Shown: piece by piece, positions 6,835 to 13,006 of the stretch
How the letters are laid out: each line of letters opens with the position of its first letter
Numbering within the stretch: position 1 is the stretch's first letter
Assembly (NCBI GenBank): GCA_049971805.1
Contig: JBMFKU010000030.1
Coordinates: 1 to 13,006 of the forward strand
Source of the DNA: Caldisphaera sp.
GTDB taxonomy: Archaea > Thermoproteota > Thermoprotei_A > Sulfolobales > Acidilobaceae
Direction: 5' to 3'
Length of the DNA stretch: 13,006 nucleotides
The notes under the pieces: generated by a model
The model's database searches: none
The model's input: only the letters and a program-made list of their open reading frames with translations
Told to the model about the DNA's origin: nothing
Position numbers and translations under genes: made by a program

Positions 6835-7260
6835 TTATTGTTCTTTAGCTCCCTTCTCAATAAGTTTTTTCCTCAATTCTTGGGGTATTTCCATTGATTT
6901 GTTATTTATTTCATCATATACCACGGTAACTATTTTGCATACTGCTGATAACTCATTGCTACTCTCATTGTATATCTCATAAGTATACCTTATGCTGCTC
7001 TTACCCAATTGGATTTCTTTTATGTTAACGCTATATAGATCCCCAGGCCTCAAGGAGTTTTTATAATCACACTCTGCATGTACTCTAGGCATTATCAATC
7101 TTTTTCCAACTTCACCTTTTTGAGAAATGTTTAAAGATGCGTAAAAGTCCTCTTCAGCCCTTTCACATACTCTAAAGAAATTTGAGAAGTGCATCATTAA
7201 TGCAGCATCTGTTTCACTCCAATAGACTCTATATTTAGCTGAGAAAATAGGCCTTTCCAT
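6835..7260 (-). CDS. Acyl-CoA thioesterase, hotdog fold (4HBT/YbgC family)
   Basis: RVYWSETDAALMMHFSNFF (family D-x-x-G-x-V-x-x-x-x-Y-like motif), MPRVHAECDYKNSLRPGD and LGKSSIRY. Start placed at ATG 7260, which has a GGGGA SD, rather than at 7284. Confidence 0.9.
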   Translation of the reverse strand: MERPIFSAKYRVYWSETDAALMMHFSNFFRVCERAEEDFYASLNISQKGEVGKRLIMPRVHAECDYKNSLRPGDLYSVNIKEIQLGKSSIRYTYEIYNESSNELSAVCKIVTVVYDEINNKSMEIPQELRKKLIEKGAKEQ

Positions 7261-7273
7261 ATTTATCCCCAAG

Positions 7274-7322
7274 AAAGGAATCAAAAGATGGATTTAAAAA
7301 ATTAACTCAAAAGGAATCAAAA
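7274..7322. repeat. 13-bp perfect direct repeat AAAGGAATCAAAA in the divergent thioesterase/SmAP3 intergenic region
   Basis: Copies at 7274-7286 and 7310-7322 (period 36) flank a minus-strand TATA-like TTTTTAAAT (7300-7292). Confidence 0.75.
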
Positions 7323-7395
7323 ACAAGCTTAAATTCCCTATTATAAACCTAATAGTTAATTAGCCTAAAAATCAAAGAAGAGATAGGTGGAAAAA

Positions 7396-7842
7396 ATGTC
7401 AGCATCGCCAGAGCCTGCAAGGAGATTTGTTTCGCGTTTAAACTCAATTTTAGATAGAACAATTACAGTAAAATTAACAAATGGAAAATATTACTCTGGT
7501 AGATTATCGGGCTATGACCCATCGAGCTATACAGTTATGCTTGAAAACGCAAAAGATAATGATGGAAATGTATGGCCTTTAGCCATAATATTTAGCAACA
7601 ATATAAGTGAGCTATTGATAGGAGAGAGCGAGGTATTTAATGCAAAGGAATTCTCAGAGTTCTTGGCAAGATTTGGTAACATAGAAAGGCATTTAATAAA
7701 AATATATGATGATATAAATGTTGTTGAAGTTGGTAAAAACATAAAGGTATCAAAAAATGGTGTTGAGGGATCCGGGCCATTGGCGCAAAAGATCTATAGC
7801 ATATATAGAGAATACTTAAGAACAAAGGGGATAAACCAGTAA
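7396..7842 (+). CDS. Sm-like archaeal protein with C-terminal extension (SmAP3 / Lsm family RNA-binding protein)
   Basis: Sm1 motif (ITVKLTNGKYYSGRLSGYD...VMLENA), Sm2-like AIIFSNNISEL, and an Lsm C-terminal domain (IKVSKNGVEGSGPLAQKIY). Start at ATG 7396 after AGGTGG. Confidence 0.92.
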   Translation: MSASPEPARRFVSRLNSILDRTITVKLTNGKYYSGRLSGYDPSSYTVMLENAKDNDGNVWPLAIIFSNNISELLIGESEVFNAKEFSEFLARFGNIERHLIKIYDDINVVEVGKNIKVSKNGVEGSGPLAQKIYSIYREYLRTKGINQ

Positions 7843-7856
7843 GGTGCCCAAATTAA

Positions 7857-9344
7857 ATGTTTATTATAAAAGAATTTGAGCTTGAGGGAAGGCTAGGAGT
7901 TATAAAAACTAAGAGAGGAAAAGTGGAAACCCCTGCATTCTTTCCAGTTATAGATCCGTTAAAACAATTGGTCTCCATAAAGGAAATTGAGGAAATAGGA
8001 TTTGACCAAATAATAACAAATGCATATTTATCCTATAAAAGATTTGGTGAAAAATTAATAAGTGAAGGAATCCATAATGTTTTAAACTTTGATAAGGTAA
8101 TAATGACAGATTCGGGCGCATATCAAATACTTGAATATGGTAATATAGATGCTTCCCAAGAAACAGTAATGAATTTTGAAAAAGCCATAGGCAGTGATAT
8201 TGCAGTTATATTGGACAAGCCAACAGGTGATGTAAATAAATTAGATGCCGAAAAAAGTGTTGAAGAAACTCTAAAAAATGCCTATGAGGCTGTAAAGTTA
8301 AAAGATGATAAAACTTTATGGGTTTTACCAATACAAGGAGGTAGATACCTGGATTTAATAAAAAGAAGCTCTGAAGAGTCTGCAAAATTACCATTTGATA
8401 TATTTGCAATAGGTAGCCCAACAGTTTTTTTAGAAAAATACAGCTATAAAACAATAATTGATATGATAGCAACTGCTAAAAATTGTCTCCCCCCTGAAAA
8501 GCCTGTTCATCTATTTGGCGCAGGCCATCCATTAATATTTCCATTTGCAGCATCTTTAGGTATTGATGCATTTGATTCTGCATCGTATGCATTGTATGCA
8601 AGAGATAACAGGTATATGACCGACTATGGTACAGAGAGGCTTGAGGATCTAGATTACTTTACATGCAATTGCCCAGTTTGTTCTAAATATACACCAAAGG
8701 AGCTTATGGAGATGGATAAGAAAGAAAGGGAAAGACTTCTTTCAATGCACAATTTATATGTAATAAAAAGGTCTATAAACAGGACAAAACAAGCAATTAA
8801 AGAAGGAAGACTATGGGAATTTCTTGTTGAAATTTCCAGGTACAGGCCAGAGGCCTATGAGGCCTTAAGATCATTAAGCAAATATATAAAACAAATAAAC
8901 AAATATAATCCAAGATATAAAGGAAACCCAAGGGGTCTAAGGTTTTACAACGAAGAAAACCTTTGGAATCCAAGGATAATAAACTACAAGACCTGGATAC
9001 TAACAAAATATTTGCCAGATGAAAAGAAAGTAATATTAAGGCAGATACCTAAAGACACAAGATATTGTATGGGGGAAGATGGAAGGGAGGTTATTTATTA
9101 TACTCCATACATAGGCTTGATACCATATGAAATCTGCGGAGTTTATCCAACGATCCAATTCCATTATTATGATCCCATACCAATACAGGTTGAGAGGGAT
9201 TTAATAAACATGGTTAGAGTTTTTATTATTAAAATGAAGAAATTAGGCTATGATATAATTGTTGAGGCCTCATATAACAACTATTATAGCCATGATATAG
9301 GTAAAGAGGCAGAAAGACTTAAAGTTAAGGTTAATTGGAAATAA
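7857..9344 (+). CDS. tgtA: Archaeosine tRNA-guanine(15) transglycosylase (arcTGT), lacking C2/PUA domains
   Basis: ETPAFFPV, IMTDSGAYQ, PIQGG, VHLFGAGHP, FDSASY, Zn site CNCPVC...HN, C1-domain PYEICGVYP; 495 aa. Confidence 0.96.
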   Translation: MFIIKEFELEGRLGVIKTKRGKVETPAFFPVIDPLKQLVSIKEIEEIGFDQIITNAYLSYKRFGEKLISEGIHNVLNFDKVIMTDSGAYQILEYGNIDASQETVMNFEKAIGSDIAVILDKPTGDVNKLDAEKSVEETLKNAYEAVKLKDDKTLWVLPIQGGRYLDLIKRSSEESAKLPFDIFAIGSPTVFLEKYSYKTIIDMIATAKNCLPPEKPVHLFGAGHPLIFPFAASLGIDAFDSASYALYARDNRYMTDYGTERLEDLDYFTCNCPVCSKYTPKELMEMDKKERERLLSMHNLYVIKRSINRTKQAIKEGRLWEFLVEISRYRPEAYEALRSLSKYIKQINKYNPRYKGNPRGLRFYNEENLWNPRIINYKTWILTKYLPDEKKVILRQIPKDTRYCMGEDGREVIYYTPYIGLIPYEICGVYPTIQFHYYDPIPIQVERDLINMVRVFIIKMKKLGYDIIVEASYNNYYSHDIGKEAERLKVKVNWK

Positions 9345-9361
9345 AGAAAACTACATATAAA

Positions 9362-10093
9362 TTACATATAAATGTTTGAAGAACCTTCTTTAGGTATTTC
9401 TGATTGCAACATCTTGACAATTTTATCTATTTCTTCCCTCTGCTTAACTGCCAGCTGCTCTAATTCAGGAAGTGCGGCTTCCATTTTCAGCAGGCTCTTT
9501 AATATAGCCTTAACACCAACAAATGTAGCATCATAATCAACCCCCTCTATTATTGAATATGGCAATACCATAACCGTTGGTATCTTAATTTTCTCCAAAT
9601 AAATATAAAGCAATGCTAAAGGTCCAACAACCCCAAGCCCTTTCTCCATTCTAGGGGCATCTAATTCGGGGCCTTTGTATGAATTGTTTGAAAGCCATCT
9701 GTAACCAAACTTCTCATTTTCACTCATAAATTCCCTGCTTAGCCCTCCAACCAATACCGCATATTTAAATCCCATCTCTTTTATCCATAATGATATTTTA
9801 TTGCTATAGGAGTTTTGGTCAATTATTTCTGGCACTGCCCTATTAATTAAAGCAGAAGCCCCTTTGTTTTGATATATCTCGAAAGGAAGACCAATTCCAT
9901 CATCTTCTACCAATATAACTGATGGCATTCTGCTAGTCATTATATAACCTACCTTTTTCATAGACAAAGCTAACGAAAGGTATTTGGGAACCATATAACC
10001 TACTCTTCCAAAACCTGGAAAACCTGTTACAAGTATGTTATCTTTAAATACTTCTTTATCTACATCTATTACTATATCAACTTTTCTATCCAT
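9362..10093 (-). CDS. PAC2-family proteasome assembly chaperone homolog with C-terminal HbYX motif
   Basis: LVTGFPGFGRVG, LVGGL, GVVGPLALL; C-terminus ...NIYM. Confidence 0.9.
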   Translation of the reverse strand: MDRKVDIVIDVDKEVFKDNILVTGFPGFGRVGYMVPKYLSLALSMKKVGYIMTSRMPSVILVEDDGIGLPFEIYQNKGASALINRAVPEIIDQNSYSNKISLWIKEMGFKYAVLVGGLSREFMSENEKFGYRWLSNNSYKGPELDAPRMEKGLGVVGPLALLYIYLEKIKIPTVMVLPYSIIEGVDYDATFVGVKAILKSLLKMEAALPELEQLAVKQREEIDKIVKMLQSEIPKEGSSNIYM

Positions 10094-10556
10094 TTCCTTG
10101 CACCTTCTCCCTTAGTCTTACAGCTTCCCCTTTGCCCAAAGACGCCATCATAAACCCAGGCGCCCTAGCCTTTCCTACACCTATAATCTGCCCCTTATAG
10201 TCTATTATGACGACTTCATCTCCTGGTCTTATCAGAGGATCTGATGATATAACATCTATACCCATCACATCCCCCCTATAATCTACATCGTTTCTTGCTA
10301 TTACCCTATACCTTGGAGGATCGGAATTTTCTAATATTATCTTTCCTGCCTCTAAACTTATTGTAAATCCATAGTCTGTTGGTCTCATAGTCATAATCCT
10401 TTTTTCTTCTAAATAAACATACCTAAGCTTACCTAGTCTTAATGATATCTTTATAGGCAATTTTATAAATGCATTTGCAACCTTTTCATCAAATTGATAT
10501 GATAATAAATTCCTTATCATCTTTAATTGATCTTCATTTGGATCTAGCAATTTCAT
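10086..10556 (-). CDS. Stand-alone TGT C2 + PUA domain RNA-binding protein
   Basis: LSYQFD (TGT C2-like YQFG motif), MRPTDYGFTISLEAG, and PUA signature DPLIRPGDEVVIID...IIGVGKA...GEAVRLR. Confidence 0.88.
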   Translation of the reverse strand: MKLLDPNEDQLKMIRNLLSYQFDEKVANAFIKLPIKISLRLGKLRYVYLEEKRIMTMRPTDYGFTISLEAGKIILENSDPPRYRVIARNDVDYRGDVMGIDVISSDPLIRPGDEVVIIDYKGQIIGVGKARAPGFMMASLGKGEAVRLREKVQGNG

Positions 10557-11194
10557 TTTTCAAACCCTATTGCCTTAATTTCCTCTTCTTTTATTGCCCC
10601 CTTCCTTAAAATCTTAATCTTACCATTTATTATACTTACAACAGTGCTTGAAACGCCTATCCTTGCTTCCCCTCCATCTATATATAAATCAACCTTATCT
10701 CTTAGCATCTCATACGCTTCTCTAACATTTTTTGGAGATGACATATGAGAAATGTTTGCGCTTGTACCAATAATTGCTCCCCCTACATCATTGGCTAATA
10801 GCCTACAAAAATAGCAATTTGGCAGTCTAACTCCAATGCTTCCCCACTGCAATAAGTGATTAGGTGCATTTTCTGATATTTTCTCTACAATAGTTAAACT
10901 ACCAGGCCAAAACCTTTGGGCTAATTTCCAAAATATTTTACTAGGATTAACAAGCAAAAAGGAGTGATGGCTTTCCCCTATCAGAATCGGTAGTGGCTTA
11001 CCTTCCTCTCTTCCCTTTACTTCATAAACCTTTTTTATTGCATCTTCATTAAATGGATCTCCAGCTAAACCGTAAACTGTATCTGTAGGTATAACTACTA
11101 AACCCCCTTTTTTTATTGTTTCTGCTGCTTCCTTTATAACATCCCTTTCAGGGCAATCTACGTTTACCTTAACCTTTTTCATTAATTCCACCAT
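10553..11194 (-). CDS. tsaC: L-threonylcarbamoyladenylate synthase, single-domain TsaC/YrdC type (Sua5 family)
   Basis: PTDTVYGL, KGR...KPL, FWPGSLT, GVRLP, TSANIS, SSTVV, ILRKGA. Alternative start at ATG 11182 (GGTGG SD). Confidence 0.95.
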   Translation of the reverse strand: MVELMKKVKVNVDCPERDVIKEAAETIKKGGLVVIPTDTVYGLAGDPFNEDAIKKVYEVKGREEGKPLPILIGESHHSFLLVNPSKIFWKLAQRFWPGSLTIVEKISENAPNHLLQWGSIGVRLPNCYFCRLLANDVGGAIIGTSANISHMSSPKNVREAYEMLRDKVDLYIDGGEARIGVSSTVVSIINGKIKILRKGAIKEEEIKAIGFEK

Positions 11195-11273
11195 AGCTTT
11201 TTTAATTAAACAAAGCCAATATATTTTTTAACACTTTTATACCTTTGCGATGATAATAACTCTTGGTGAAACA

Positions 11274-12218
11274 ATGTCTATTAGAGACTTAAAAGGAAAG
11301 GATATGCTATGTTTAGCAGATTACACACCAGAGCAAGTGCAATTCCTAATAAACTTGGGCTTGGAATTAAAGATCAGGTATTATACTGGGGAAAGAATCT
11401 TAAATACTTTATCTGGAAAAAGCATAGCAATGATATTTGAAAAGCCTTCAACAAGGACCAGGGTAAGCCTAGAAGTAGCTGCTTATCAGCTAGGGGCGCA
11501 ACCAATAACCCTAGGATGGAATGAGCTACAGCTAGGAAGAGGAGAACCAATTAAAGATACAGCTAGAGTATTGTCTAGGTTTGTAAATGGTATAACTGCA
11601 AGGGTTAAAAATCATGGGGATTTAATAGAGCTAGCCAATTACGCAAGTGTACCTGTAATAAATGCATTGAGCGATTTATCTCACCCTATGCAGGTAATAG
11701 CTGATTACATGACTATCTACGAGAAGAAAAATAGGCTAAAAGGAATTAAGCTAGCATTTATAGGGGATGGAAGCGATAATATGGTTAATAGCTTGATGGT
11801 AGTAGCTTCCCAATTGGGTGTTGATTTCTATCTTGGCTCTCCAAGTAGCTTAAAACCAAATGAAAATGTATTTAAAAAGGCTTTGGAATTTTCTCAAATA
11901 AGCGGTTCTAAAATAATTTTTACTGAAGATCCTTATGAAGCAGTAGATAGTGCAGACGTTGTTTATACAGACGTATTTGTGAGCATGGGACAAGAGGATA
12001 TCGCAGAACAAAAAAAGAAGATACTAAAGCCTTATCAAGTTAATATAAAATTAATAGAAAAAGCAAAAAATAAGGCAATATTTTTACATTGTTTACCAGC
12101 ACACAGAGGGGAAGAAGTTACGGATGAAGTAATAGAAGGTCCTTGGTCTGCTGTATGGGATGAAGCCGAAAACAGGTTACACAGTGAAAAAGCTGTTTTA
12201 TCTGCTCTTATACCATAA
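11274..12218 (+). CDS. argF: Ornithine carbamoyltransferase
   Basis: FEKPSTRT, HPMQ, DVVYTDVFVSMG, FLHCLPAHRG, AENRLH. Start placed at ATG 11274 (GGTGA SD); leaderless ATG 11250 is an alternative. Confidence 0.97.
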   Translation: MSIRDLKGKDMLCLADYTPEQVQFLINLGLELKIRYYTGERILNTLSGKSIAMIFEKPSTRTRVSLEVAAYQLGAQPITLGWNELQLGRGEPIKDTARVLSRFVNGITARVKNHGDLIELANYASVPVINALSDLSHPMQVIADYMTIYEKKNRLKGIKLAFIGDGSDNMVNSLMVVASQLGVDFYLGSPSSLKPNENVFKKALEFSQISGSKIIFTEDPYEAVDSADVVYTDVFVSMGQEDIAEQKKKILKPYQVNIKLIEKAKNKAIFLHCLPAHRGEEVTDEVIEGPWSAVWDEAENRLHSEKAVLSALIP

Positions 12219-13005
12219 GACATTTTTCTAAAGAATTTATATCAATCTCTATAGGATCCATTGGAATAGACCTTAGATGATTTCTTATTGATTTTAATAT
12301 TAATTTATTTTGATTAATATCTAAATAAAAAACATTATCATAGACATTTATTAAAGGTATCTCCATTAAATCTTTTTCATAACTATTAATAAAATAAAAA
12401 CCTGTTACATTATTAACTGCCCTTCTAACTAAATTATTATAGTGCTCTTCTTTATATGTTTCTTTATCTGCAACAAAGTCAATATAATTTCCCAGGCCTT
12501 CAATTATTATAATATCAGGTTTTTCTATTTTTTCGATTGCCTCAGCTATTAACTCTAAATCAATTATAGATCGAGAAGTCGGATTTAAATTTCTAATAAA
12601 TAAATTGTTTAATCCCTCTTTATATAAATCAAGGTGATTTTTTATGCACCTCGTTAATGCATCAATTATAGTCCTTTCTCCATGCATGTAACTTCTATAG
12701 TGTATCCTTAACTTATTTTTCATAATTGAAGGTAGTAATATTGATGTTATGAAAGATAAAGTATCTATGCTTGGATTTGCCAAAAAAACATTTTGGGTAC
12801 CTGAAACCAAGGAAATTTTATTCTGGCCAATTATAATATCTATATAGCCTTTTTCAGGCATAATGCCAGAAGGTATAGACTTTAAATCTGGAGGCATTCT
12901 AAATGAAATAATATCTGGAACCCCTATAGTAAACGGTATTTCACCAATGTTTATTTCATTCCCCCTCATCTTCCTTATTTCCATTAACCTAACAAGCTTC
13001 CTCTT
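12208..13005 (-). CDS. KaiC/RAD55-like RecA-superfamily ATPase, 3' part only (5' end outside the window); second domain degenerate
   Basis: The frame is open to the window edge (KRKLVRL-MEIRKMRG...IPFTI, the typical end of a KaiC domain). A second domain follows with an eroded Walker A region (ISLVSGTQNVFL) and Walker B-like PDIIIIEGL. Overlaps argF convergently by 11 nt. Confidence 0.78.
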   Translation of the reverse strand, partial: KRKLVRLMEIRKMRGNEINIGEIPFTIGVPDIISFRMPPDLKSIPSGIMPEKGYIDIIIGQNKISLVSGTQNVFLANPSIDTLSFITSILLPSIMKNKLRIHYRSYMHGERTIIDALTRCIKNHLDLYKEGLNNLFIRNLNPTSRSIIDLELIAEAIEKIEKPDIIIIEGLGNYIDFVADKETYKEEHYNNLVRRAVNNVTGFYFINSYEKDLMEIPLINVYDNVFYLDINQNKLILKSIRNHLRSIPMDPIEIDINSLEKCLMV

Positions 13006-13006
13006 T

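Noticed and set aside
7274-7322. Direct repeat as a mini-CRISPR
   Set aside because: Only two 13-bp copies with a 23-nt spacer; too short, and no cas genes in the window.
7527-9006. Antisense ORFs 7527..7742, 7637..7825, 8206..8472 and 8797..9006
   Set aside because: Fully inside SmAP3 or tgtA on the opposite strand with no independent evidence.
12035-12223. 62-aa antisense ORF
   Set aside because: Shadow of the conserved argF C-terminus.

Overview
AT-rich archaeal genomic window. Gene content (SmAP3, PUA-less arcTGT, PAC2 chaperone, class III signal peptide pilins) points to a crenarchaeon (Thermoproteota), possibly Acidilobales/Desulfurococcales; this is inference. Left half (1-6750): a five-gene type IV pilus operon (VirB11/TadA-type ATPase, two separate TadC/FlaJ-type membrane proteins, a 146-aa pilin and a 329-aa pilin with a sequon-rich Ig-like C-terminal domain). 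It shares a dyad-symmetric back-to-back promoter with a divergent multi-TM protein whose soluble half may be a catalytically dead HerA/VirB4-type fold. The block is bracketed by two co-oriented, decayed IS200/IS605 (tnpB) right ends; the right-hand copy looks like an internally deleted mini-element. Right half (6835-13006): housekeeping genes, namely hotdog thioesterase, SmAP3, tgtA, PAC2-family chaperone, stand-alone TGT-C2/PUA protein, single-domain TsaC/Sua5, argF and the 3' part of a KaiC/RAD55-like ATPase. All family assignments come from motif recognition by eye; no searches were run.
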